Shown here in pieces: positions 26,265 to 34,649 of a DNA stretch of 52,595 nt (position 1 is the first letter of the stretch; each line of letters opens with the position of its first letter). The position numbers were made by a program, and so were the translations under genes. Below the pieces are notes generated by a model. The model did not search any database. It worked only from the letters and a program-made list of their open reading frames with translations, and was not told where the DNA came from. The stretch comes from Opitutia bacterium (GTDB lineage: Bacteria; Verrucomicrobiota; Verrucomicrobiia; Opitutales; Opitutaceae): NCBI GenBank assembly GCA_025360615.1, contig JANYBX010000415.1, positions 1-52,595 on the forward strand. The letters are read 5' to 3'.

Positions 26265-28211
26265 ATGGTCCAGACGATCCACGTCCTGCTGGTTGAGGAC
26301 AGCCCCACCGACGCGCTCCTCGCCCGCGAGGAGCTCGCCACGGCGAGCGGCGCGAAATTCATCGTCGCGCACGTGGAGGAGTTGCGCGAGGCCGTGCGCC
26401 AGTTGGCGACCAACCCATTCGATGTCGTCCTGCTCGATCTGGGCCTGCCGGATAGCGACGGGCTCGGGACGTTCACGGCGCTTCACCGCGCCGCGCGCGA
26501 CGTGCCGGTCATCATTCTCTCCGGTCGCAACGACGAGCAGATGGCGGTCACGGCCGTGCATGCCGGCGCGCAGGATTATCTCGTCAAAGGCGATGACAAC
26601 ACCGGCCTCGCCCGCGCCATCCGCTACGCGATCGAGCGCGTGCGCGCGCAAGCGGCGCTCAAGGAGAGCGACGCGCGCTTCCACCAGGTCGTGGAAAATA
26701 TTCACGAGGCGCTGTGGATGTTCGAGCCGGCGACGCAGCAGGTCGTTTACGTCAGCCCGCGCTACGAGGAAATCTGGGGCCGCCCCGAGTCGAGCCTGCT
26801 CGAATCGCCGCAGGCGTGGCTGGACAGCATTCAGGTCGATGATCGCGAACGCGTCCGCCAGGCCGTGCCGACGATGGAGCTCGGCCTCGGCCACAGCGAA
26901 ACCTACCGCATCGTGCGGCCCGATGGCACGCTGCGCTGGATTCGCCATCGCTCGTTCGCCGCGCGCGACGATACAGGCAATGTCGGCCGGCTCATCATGG
27001 TCGCCGAGGACACGACTGAGCGGAAAAAACTCGAGGATCAGTTCCTCCGCACGCAGCGGATGGAGGCCATCGGCACACTCGCCGGCGGCGTCGCGCACGA
27101 TCTCAACAACATCCTCACGCCCGTGCTGGTGACGGCGGACCTGTTGATCGCGCGCGCCAGCCCCGGCCGCGATCGCGACCTGATCGCGATGATGGCGCAG
27201 GGTGCGCAACGCGCGGCCGACACGGTGAAACAACTGGTCCTCTTCAGCCGCGGCGCCGAGGGCCAGCGCGGCCCCGTGCAACTGCGACACTTGATCAAGG
27301 AGATGGCCGGCATCATGCGCGAAACTTTCCCGCGCGAGATCACCATCGCCGAGCAACCCGAGCCCGACCTGTGGCCGGTGACCGCCGATGCCACCCAGCT
27401 TCACCAAGTGTTGATGAATCTCTGCGTCAACGCCCGCGACGCACTGCCCAACGGCGGCACGCTCACGATCACCGCGGTCAACCTCCAGCTCGGCGCCCAT
27501 GAACTGCGCATCCACCCCGACGCGCGGCCGGGGCGCTACACCGTGCTGACCGTCGCCGACACCGGCGAAGGCATCTCGCCCAAAATCATCAACCGCATCT
27601 TCGATCCGTTTTTCACCACGAAAGAGGTCGGCCGCGGCAGTGGGCTGGGCCTCTCCACCGTAATCGGGATCATGCGCAGCCACGGCGGATTTATCACGGT
27701 GTCGAGCGAGCCGGGCCGCGGCAGCGTCTTCAGCGGTTACCTGCCGGCCGCAGACGAAGTGCCGTTGTCACCCCTCGGGCAGACTCCGGCGTCGGCCCCG
27801 CTCGGTCGCGGGGAACTCATCCTGATCGTCGACGACGAAATCGCGATTCGTGAAACGACCCGCGAAATCCTCAAGGAGCACCACTACCGGGTGCTGTGCG
27901 CCAAGGACGGACGCGCGGCTCTGGATGTGTTTCTCAAGGAACGCGACGAGATCCGACTCGTGGTGACCGACGTGATGATGCCCGTGATGAACGGCATCGC
28001 GCTCGTGCGCGCGTTGCGCGTCCTGGACCCAGACGTGAAAGTGATCGCGATGAGCGGACTGGATGACGACGGCAAGCGCGAGGAGCTGGCGGCGCTCGGC
28101 GTGGCGGAGATCATCATGAAGCCGTTTAAGCGCGCGCAGTTCCTCGAAGCGGTGCGGAGCAAACTCAACGCCCTGCACTGGGAAAGAAACTCCTCGGTCG
28201 CGACCAGATAG
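26265..28211 (+). CDS. hybrid sensor histidine kinase/response regulator (REC-PAS-HisKA-HATPase-REC)
   Basis: N-terminal REC (VLLVEDSPTD..VVLLDLGLPDSDG), PAS (FHQVVENIHEALWMFE..), H-box GGVAHDLNNILT, HATPase (LMNLCVNARDA..DTGEGI..GSGLGLSTV), and C-terminal REC (ILIVDDE..LVVTDVMMPVMNG..KVIAMSG). Confidence 0.9.
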   Translation: MVQTIHVLLVEDSPTDALLAREELATASGAKFIVAHVEELREAVRQLATNPFDVVLLDLGLPDSDGLGTFTALHRAARDVPVIILSGRNDEQMAVTAVHAGAQDYLVKGDDNTGLARAIRYAIERVRAQAALKESDARFHQVVENIHEALWMFEPATQQVVYVSPRYEEIWGRPESSLLESPQAWLDSIQVDDRERVRQAVPTMELGLGHSETYRIVRPDGTLRWIRHRSFAARDDTGNVGRLIMVAEDTTERKKLEDQFLRTQRMEAIGTLAGGVAHDLNNILTPVLVTADLLIARASPGRDRDLIAMMAQGAQRAADTVKQLVLFSRGAEGQRGPVQLRHLIKEMAGIMRETFPREITIAEQPEPDLWPVTADATQLHQVLMNLCVNARDALPNGGTLTITAVNLQLGAHELRIHPDARPGRYTVLTVADTGEGISPKIINRIFDPFFTTKEVGRGSGLGLSTVIGIMRSHGGFITVSSEPGRGSVFSGYLPAADEVPLSPLGQTPASAPLGRGELILIVDDEIAIRETTREILKEHHYRVLCAKDGRAALDVFLKERDEIRLVVTDVMMPVMNGIALVRALRVLDPDVKVIAMSGLDDDGKREELAALGVAEIIMKPFKRAQFLEAVRSKLNALHWERNSSVATR

Positions 28212-28323
28212 CCAAGGGGCAGCGAACGGGGTTGGCCGCGGGGTGAATGATTCACCCTCGGGTCTGTCAGGCCGTATAATTCATTTGATGAAGCGGGCGC
28301 AAAAGGTAGGCAGGGATCGCCCC

Positions 28324-28878
28324 ATGAAAACATTCCCCACCCTCCTGCTGGCGTGTGCGCTGGCCATCCCGGCCTTCGCTGAAGAAAAAGCCCCCGCCAA
28401 AGCCACTCCCGCCTCCACCGCCAAACCCGACACGCCGGTCGCATCCGCCGCCGCTGTCGCGCCGACGATTTCGGTGACGAAGTCCGAATTGACCGCGCCG
28501 TTGGTTTTGAAAGACGGGGCCATCTCCCAACCGTCGCAGACCGAGCTCGCGGGCGGCGGCAAGGCGATCTTCAAATTCACCGTGGCCAAGGCCGGCAATT
28601 ACGTGATCCAAGCCGTGGTCAACGCGCCCGATGAGGACTCGAATTCGTTTTTTCTGAACATCGACGCCCAGCCGGAAGACCCGCTGATGATTTGGGATGT
28701 CAACGTGACGAAAGGATTTGAGGAACGCATCGTCAGCTGGCGCGGGAATGGCGATTCCGGCAGCGATGAATTTGCCCCCAAGCGTTTCACGCTTACCGCG
28801 GGTGAGCACCAACTCATCATCGTGGGCCGGGAGCCGGCGCAGTTGAAAAGCGTTTCGATCCGCCCCGCCTCGAACTGA
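28324..28878 (+). CDS. secreted protein with C-terminal jelly-roll/CBM-like domain, unknown function
   Basis: Start reset to ATG 28324 (MKTFPTLLLACALAIPAFA). A Pro/Ala/Thr linker is followed by GGKAIFKFTVAKAGNYVIQAVVNAPDEDSNSFFLNID..FTLTAGEHQLIIVGREP..LKSVSIRP. Confidence 0.65.
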   Translation: MKTFPTLLLACALAIPAFAEEKAPAKATPASTAKPDTPVASAAAVAPTISVTKSELTAPLVLKDGAISQPSQTELAGGGKAIFKFTVAKAGNYVIQAVVNAPDEDSNSFFLNIDAQPEDPLMIWDVNVTKGFEERIVSWRGNGDSGSDEFAPKRFTLTAGEHQLIIVGREPAQLKSVSIRPASN

Positions 28879-29462
28879 AGAGCACGGTCGGGCTCCCAGC
28901 GACCCGGTGGTTCTTCGCTTGGAAATCCGACGACCTCCGGGCCGTTGTCCCACTTGGTTCGCTGGACGAGCGCGACGGCATCGTTTATCAGACGCTCCTA
29001 CATCCGCCGACCACCTACGATCACCCGAAACGTGATGGGAATATCCCAACCCGAGTCGGAATGTTAAAGCAGGCGTGAGCGGCGGCCCTCGCCTCGGGTC
29101 GGAAACATTTCGTCCCGGCGCAGCTCAAAAAGTCGCGTGTAGGTGTGACTCCGTTACCGCTTCGAGCGAGCCCACCCCCTGCGGCTTCAGGCCGAGATCG
29201 GGATCAATTCCCCCGTGGTATTTTTCAGTAACCACCGGACGTTTTCACGCGGAGACCGCGGGGCAATTTATTCACCGCGAAGGAACTACGGACTATTACC
29301 CACGCAGCGTGTTCGTCTTTGCCAAGTCCGCCACTCGCCGATTTCAAAAAGCGGAATGGCCCGTCTCAACACCTCGATCTCCGCCGACCACGCACGGAGT
29401 CCCGGGCCAGTCCTCCGTCGGGGCCAACCAAGCCTCACGTCGAAATAATTTTTCCTTAACCT

Positions 29463-30383
29463 ATGAAACTCCCCATCGCCCTGCTGTTCCTGTCCTTGGT
29501 GTCCGGAAGCCTCGCTTCCGCCCAATCAACCGGCACCCTCGCCAATCTATCCTCGCGCGGGCAGGTCGGGCCAAATGCGGGCAGTCTCGTCGCGGGTTTT
29601 GTGGTTCAAGGCACCGCGCCCAAGGCTATCCTCATTCGCGGCGTGGGTCCGGGACTCGGATTGTTCGGTGTGGGCAACCCTTCCGCCGCAGTCGCCATCA
29701 ATCTCTACGATTCCACCGGCAACCTCATCGCCACGAAAAACGGTTTCCAAGACGATCCTGATTCCGAGACCATCACCCAGACCGCCGCGAGCGTCGGTGC
29801 GTTTCCCCTGACCGCCGGTCCCGGCGACACGGCGATGCTCGCGACCCTCGCTCCCGGCGGCTACACGATCGAAATCGTACCCAACGAATCCAACCCCACC
29901 GATGGGGACGCGCTCCTTGAGATCTACGACGCCGACGCACCCGGGGCCACGAGCAAGATCGCCAACCTTTCCAGCCGCGGGCACGTGGGCGCGAGCGCAG
30001 GCTCCCTGATCGCCGGCTTTGTCATCACGGGCGACGCGCCCAAGAGCATGCTCATCCGCGGCATCGGCCCAGACCTCGCCCAATTCGGAATCAGCGACGC
30101 CGCCGGGGATGTCCGCCTGAACGTCTATAACTCGAATGGCGAACTCATCGCATCGAACACCGGCTTCCAAACCGACCCCGCTGCCGACAAAACCGTGCAA
30201 ACCTCCGCCGGCGTCGGCGCTTTCCCGCTCACCAATCCCGGCAATTCTGCCATGCTCGTCACGCTCCCGCCCGGCGGTTACACCGTCGAAGTCGCCGCCG
30301 CCGATCCCGACGCCGCGGACGGAGTGGCCCTCGTGGAAGTTTACGATGCCGACGGCATCAACCCCAGCTCCACCGACGAGTGA
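29463..30383 (+). CDS. secreted protein made of two tandem ~135-aa domains of unknown function
   Basis: Signal peptide MKLPIALLFLSLVSGSLASA. Two units share ANLSSRG.VG..AGSL(V/I)AGFV(V/I).G.APK..LIRG(V/I)GP.L..FG....A....N(L/V)Y(D/N)S.G.LIA...GFQ.DP....T.QT.A.VGAFPLT..G..AML.TL.PGGYT.E......P.DG.AL.E.YDAD. Confidence 0.75.
   Translation: MKLPIALLFLSLVSGSLASAQSTGTLANLSSRGQVGPNAGSLVAGFVVQGTAPKAILIRGVGPGLGLFGVGNPSAAVAINLYDSTGNLIATKNGFQDDPDSETITQTAASVGAFPLTAGPGDTAMLATLAPGGYTIEIVPNESNPTDGDALLEIYDADAPGATSKIANLSSRGHVGASAGSLIAGFVITGDAPKSMLIRGIGPDLAQFGISDAAGDVRLNVYNSNGELIASNTGFQTDPAADKTVQTSAGVGAFPLTNPGNSAMLVTLPPGGYTVEVAAADPDAADGVALVEVYDADGINPSSTDE
29538..30353 (+). repeat. intragenic tandem duplication (unit 1 at 29538-29936, unit 2 at 29958-30353)
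   Basis: Amino-acid alignment of aa 26-158 with aa 166-297 of CDS 29463..30383: roughly half the positions are identical by eye, with a period of ~140 aa. Confidence 0.75.
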
Positions 30384-30596
30384 TCCCGCCTGCGGCGCGC
30401 CGCCCGGCCGGTTTTTAATCTTCAACGCGTCACGCGGCTCACGCCCGTGACGCGTTTTCCTTGGGTGAAATCGAAGGTGGGCACAGGCGGGAGGAATGAG
30501 ATCAGGCGGGCCGGCGGTTTTGATCGCACCGTCCGACCCGAAAACGCTTCGTTGCGCGGCTCTTCGCGCCGACATTTCGCGCGCCCCCTCCACCCC

Positions 30597-32057
30597 TTGA
30601 ACTCGAAACTCCTCCCTTCGCTTTTGCTCCTCGTCTCATCGTCCCGCCTTCTGGCCGCGGACGCTCCCGCCATTCCCATGGCCCCGCCGGCCGCCGGACT
30701 CCCCGCCCTGCCCGCCGTCGTGCGCCACGAGCCGCCGGAGCAGCAGGACGCGCGTCTGCAATGGTTTCGCGAGGCGCGCTTCGGGCTGTTCATTCACTGG
30801 GGCGTCTACGCCGTGCCCGCCGGATTCTGGCAGGGCAAACCCACCAGCGCCGAATGGATCATGAACCGCGGCAAAATTCCCGTCGCCGACTACCGCGCGT
30901 TCGCGAAAGATTTCACCGCGGCGAAATACGACCCGACCGCCTGGGCCCAGCTCGCCGCGGACGCCGGCATTAAATATGTCGTCATCACCGCCAAGCATCA
31001 CGACGGCTTCGTCCTCTACGATTCCGCCTTTTCCGACTGGAACGCCGTCAAGGCCTCCGGCGCGAAACGCGACCTCATCGCGCCGCTCGCCGCCGCCGTT
31101 CGCGCCAAGGGCCTGAAGTTCGGCACCTACTATTCGCAATCCCAGGACTGGGTGAATCTCGGCGGCGGCAAGGGCAACACGCCACCGTGGGACGACGAGC
31201 AAAAGCTCGGCTCGTTCGACGAATATCTCGCCAAAATCGCCCTGCCGCAGGTGCGCGAACTTCTCGAAAAATTCCACCCCGACATCCTCTGGTGGGACAC
31301 TGAATACGCGATGACTCCCGAGCGCGCGCGCCCGTTCTTCGACCTCGTCACCTCTCACCCGGCCCTCATTCACAACAGCCGGCTCGGCGGCGGCGTGCTC
31401 GGCGATTTCCGCACCTCCGAGCAACGCATCCCCGCCAGCGCGATGCTCGGCCGCGCGCTCGAGGTCAACATGACCATCAACAATTCCTGGGGCTACCGCT
31501 CCGACGATCTGAATTGGAAATCCGCGCAGCAGCTCATCCGCAACCTCTCCGACATCACGAGCAAAGACGGCAACTACCTCCTCAACGTCGGCCCCACCGC
31601 GGAGGGCGTCATCCCCGCGCCTGAGGTCGAGCGCCTGCTCGCGATCGGCCGCTGGCTCAAGGTCAACGGCGAGGCCATCTACGCGACGCGCGGCAGCGTC
31701 TATCCGAAGCCCCTCCCATGGGGCCGCACCACGCAAAAAGCGCGTCCAAGCGGCGGCACCACGCTCTACCTCCACGTCTGGGAATGGCCCGCCGATGGAA
31801 AAATTCTCCTGCCCGACATCAAGCAACCCGCGCACTCCGGCCGCCTGCTCGCCGGCGGTGCCGCCATTAGCACGACGATGACGCCCGAAGGCACCGTCGT
31901 GACTCTGCCCGGCTCCGCGCCCGACCCCGATGTTTCCGTCGTCGCGCTTGAATTCGACCACCCCGTCGAAGTCCTCAACGCCCCACCCTTGCCCACCGAC
32001 ACCGGCGCCTCCGGCACGCTCGCCGATCCCAGCAAATCGCCGCCGATTACGAAATGA
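30597..32057 (+). CDS. glycoside hydrolase family 29 alpha-L-fucosidase
   Basis: WFREARFGLFIHWGVYAVPA..AKHHDGFVLYDS..YYSQSQDW..ILWWDTEY..NNSWGY is the classic GH29 order. Start placed at the in-frame TTG at 30597, giving (M)NSKLLPSLLLLVSSSRLLAA as signal peptide. The track start at 30447 adds 50 unlikely residues; the start remains uncertain. Confidence 0.8.
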   Translation: MNSKLLPSLLLLVSSSRLLAADAPAIPMAPPAAGLPALPAVVRHEPPEQQDARLQWFREARFGLFIHWGVYAVPAGFWQGKPTSAEWIMNRGKIPVADYRAFAKDFTAAKYDPTAWAQLAADAGIKYVVITAKHHDGFVLYDSAFSDWNAVKASGAKRDLIAPLAAAVRAKGLKFGTYYSQSQDWVNLGGGKGNTPPWDDEQKLGSFDEYLAKIALPQVRELLEKFHPDILWWDTEYAMTPERARPFFDLVTSHPALIHNSRLGGGVLGDFRTSEQRIPASAMLGRALEVNMTINNSWGYRSDDLNWKSAQQLIRNLSDITSKDGNYLLNVGPTAEGVIPAPEVERLLAIGRWLKVNGEAIYATRGSVYPKPLPWGRTTQKARPSGGTTLYLHVWEWPADGKILLPDIKQPAHSGRLLAGGAAISTTMTPEGTVVTLPGSAPDPDVSVVALEFDHPVEVLNAPPLPTDTGASGTLADPSKSPPITK

Positions 32058-33463
32058 ACATGAAAACTTCCTCTTTTCCCCGCCGCCCGTTTCCCGCGTC
32101 ATTCGCCACCTTCGCTCTGTTCACGCTCGGCACTTCCACGTTGCTTGCCCAGCGGCCGGAAGACCGCGCCCTCCCTCCTCCGCCGCCGGTCACCGCCGGG
32201 TTCAAGTTCGATTTCGGTCCCGGCAAAGCGCGCGACGGCTACACGCCAGTCTCCGCCGAGACGCTGTATACGTCCGAGCGCGGCTACGGTTTTGATTTCG
32301 ATTCGAAACCCGTCGGCGTCGCGTCCGATTCCACGGTGGCCCCCGATGCGCTCACCGATGGCTGCGTCACGACAGCCGAATCGCCATTTTTCTTTTCCGT
32401 GCAAGCGCCCGAGGGAAATTACCGCATCACCGTCACGCTCGGCGACGCGCAGGGCGAATCCAACACGACCATTCGCACCGAGTCGGGCCACATCCACGCC
32501 GCGGACATCAAAACCGCACCGGGGAAATTCACCACGCGCACCTTCTACGCAAACGTTCGCCGCCCGCAGATTCCACCCCCACCGCAGAACGCGCCAGGCG
32601 GCACGGAGGTCCACATGTTTCTGCGCGGCGAGGCCGAGGCTCGCTGCTGGGACGAAAAACTCACGATCGAATTCAACGGCCCGCGCCCCTGTCTCTGCGC
32701 CATGGAGATCGTGAAGGACAACGCCGTGCCGACGATCTTCGTCGCCGGCGATTCGACCGTCGGCGATCCGCGTCGAGGCCCCGGCGGCAACTGGCCGACT
32801 CAAATGTGCCAGTTCTTCAAACCCGAGATCGCCGTCTGCAACAGCGCCGAGGGCGGGGAAACCAGCAAGAGCTTCGTGACTGGCCTGCGCATGGACAAAG
32901 TTCTCAGCCAGATGAAAGCCGGCGATTTTTTCCTCATTCAATTTGCGACCAACGACTCGAAGGCCAACTGGCCGCAGAGCTACACGGAGCCGGCGACGAG
33001 CTTCAAAGCCTACCTCCGCGTCTTCATCGCCGAGACTCAGCGCCGCGGAGCCACGCTCATTTTGGTCACGCCGATGGAGCGCCGCGCCAACGGCGATTCG
33101 GTCGGCCCGTGGGCTCGCGCCATGCGCGAAGTCGCGGAGCAGGACCACGTCCCCCTCATCGACCAGTGGGCCATGAGCAAAACGATGTGGACCGCGCTCG
33201 GGCCGGACGTGAACCAAGCCTTCAGCGATCAAACGCACCTCAGCGGCTACGGCGGTTATCTGCTTTCCAAACTCATTGTGACCGGGATCAGAAAAAATAT
33301 CCCCGCCCTTGCGCGCTTCGTCGCGGAAGACTTCCAGGACATGGACCCGGCCCACCCCGAAGCCCCGCCGGAATATCTGAAGCAGTCCGCCGGTCCCGGG
33401 GTGCCACCTCGCGCCCCCCGCAGCGCGGTTGCCGCGCCGACGCCCATCACGCCCTCGAGATAA
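32054..33463 (+). CDS. two-domain esterase: N-terminal beta-sandwich (CBM-like) + C-terminal SGNH/GDSL hydrolase (rhamnogalacturonan acetylesterase-like, CE12-like)
   Basis: The ATG at 32054 overlaps the fucosidase stop (ATGA at 32054-32057). Signal peptide present. N-domain FKFDFGPGKARDGYTPV..ERGYGFD. SGNH blocks IFVAGDSTVG, AEGGETS, LIQFATNDS, DQTHLSGYG. Confidence 0.85.
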   Translation: MNMKTSSFPRRPFPASFATFALFTLGTSTLLAQRPEDRALPPPPPVTAGFKFDFGPGKARDGYTPVSAETLYTSERGYGFDFDSKPVGVASDSTVAPDALTDGCVTTAESPFFFSVQAPEGNYRITVTLGDAQGESNTTIRTESGHIHAADIKTAPGKFTTRTFYANVRRPQIPPPPQNAPGGTEVHMFLRGEAEARCWDEKLTIEFNGPRPCLCAMEIVKDNAVPTIFVAGDSTVGDPRRGPGGNWPTQMCQFFKPEIAVCNSAEGGETSKSFVTGLRMDKVLSQMKAGDFFLIQFATNDSKANWPQSYTEPATSFKAYLRVFIAETQRRGATLILVTPMERRANGDSVGPWARAMREVAEQDHVPLIDQWAMSKTMWTALGPDVNQAFSDQTHLSGYGGYLLSKLIVTGIRKNIPALARFVAEDFQDMDPAHPEAPPEYLKQSAGPGVPPRAPRSAVAAPTPITPSR

Positions 33464-33489
33464 GTTTTCCAGCCCGAGGCTTCTCCCCG

Positions 33490-33800
33490 GTCTCGCGCCC
33501 GCCGGCTGGCGCCACGTCCGTGACGCTTCGTTGCCAGGACGGCTTTGCCTCGACCCTGCCACTCGCAGAGCTGCGGGCCAAAGACGTGTTGTCCGCGGAT
33601 CGGTTGAACCGATGAGCCTTGCCGCTCGCGCCGGGGCCCCGCTCCGCCTCGTGGCTCCGGCGCACTACCGGTATAAGAATTCCAAGCACGTCGAGCGCGT
33701 CCCTCGATGCACGCGGTCGCGCCGTCCCCGGGTGGCGCCTTCGCCGGCTGCAGCGCCCTCTGTCCGCCCGAAGATTCGGGAATTCCTCTTCGCCTTGGAG
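33490..33800 (+). pseudogene. 5'-truncated, frameshifted remnant of a sulfite-oxidase-fold molybdopterin oxidoreductase
   Basis: VTLRCQDGFASTLPLAELRAKDVLSADRLN(stop) sits in one frame and ends at 33615. It continues in another frame as EP..AARAGAPLRLVAPAHYRYKNSKHVERV (compare the family motif G.P.RLV.P..Y..KS.KWV), and possibly ..PGW.. / ..SPW.. in a third. No N-terminal Mo-binding half is present, because the esterase gene ends at 33463. Confidence 0.4.
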
Positions 33801-33874
33801 GCCGCTTGGCGCGGGAGTGAATGGCCGGGTCCTTTTCTCTGGCTCCAAGGCGCCGGAGTGTGGTCCGCTCCCCC

Positions 33875-34552
33875 ATGGACTTGTCGGAGCGCGCACCCAG
33901 CGGAGATTTTATCCGGCAAGTTGGAACGCGCCTGTGCGCGCATGGGCTCGCCAAGTTCATCGGCGTCGCCGTGGGCACGACGGTGTTTTTCCTGATTTAT
34001 TTCCAACTGCTGCATCACCCGTTTTTCCGGGTCAGGATCATGCCCCTCACAGCGGTTGACCGGTTCTTCGCTTTTCGGCCGGAAGCACTGCTGCTCTATG
34101 TCTCGCTCTGGATTTACATCCCCCTCGCGTTTGCCCTGCTGAAAAACCGTCGCGAGTTGCTGGCCCACGGGGCGGCGGCGGTGGCCATGGGCGGAATCGG
34201 CTTGGGGCTGTTTCTCCTGTGGCCGACGGCCGTGCCGGACCTCGGGGATAACTGGGCGCGATACCCGGCGTTTGCTTTCCTGAAAACCGTGGATGCTTCC
34301 GGCAATGCGTGTCCCTCCCTGCACGTGGCCTTTGCCGTTTTCACTGCGATCAGGCTCGCACGTTTGTGGCCGGAGATGCAGGCCCCGGCCGTGGTTCGCA
34401 CCGGGAGCTGGCTGTGGTGCCTCGGTATCATCTACTCCACGCTCGCCACCGATCAGCACGTCGCGCTCGACGCGCTCGCGGGCAGCCTGCTCGGGGCGGT
34501 CATGGGGGTGCCCTGGTTTGCCCGTTTGTCCCCCGCCACTCCCCTCGTGTGA
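33875..34552 (+). CDS. PAP2-superfamily membrane protein (phosphatase/phosphotransferase-like)
   Basis: Start set to ATG 33875 (MDLSERAP..). Five or six hydrophobic helices. PAP2-type motifs CPSLHVAFAV and TDQHVALDALAG. Confidence 0.7.
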   Translation: MDLSERAPSGDFIRQVGTRLCAHGLAKFIGVAVGTTVFFLIYFQLLHHPFFRVRIMPLTAVDRFFAFRPEALLLYVSLWIYIPLAFALLKNRRELLAHGAAAVAMGGIGLGLFLLWPTAVPDLGDNWARYPAFAFLKTVDASGNACPSLHVAFAVFTAIRLARLWPEMQAPAVVRTGSWLWCLGIIYSTLATDQHVALDALAGSLLGAVMGVPWFARLSPATPLV

Positions 34553-34649
34553 TCGGGCTTCGTCCGCCCCGGCGATTACCGCAAAAGCGTTTGCCTCGCC
34601 GATTGTAAGGCTCGCACTCTCTTCGCCTTTTCATCCCCACGATTAATTT

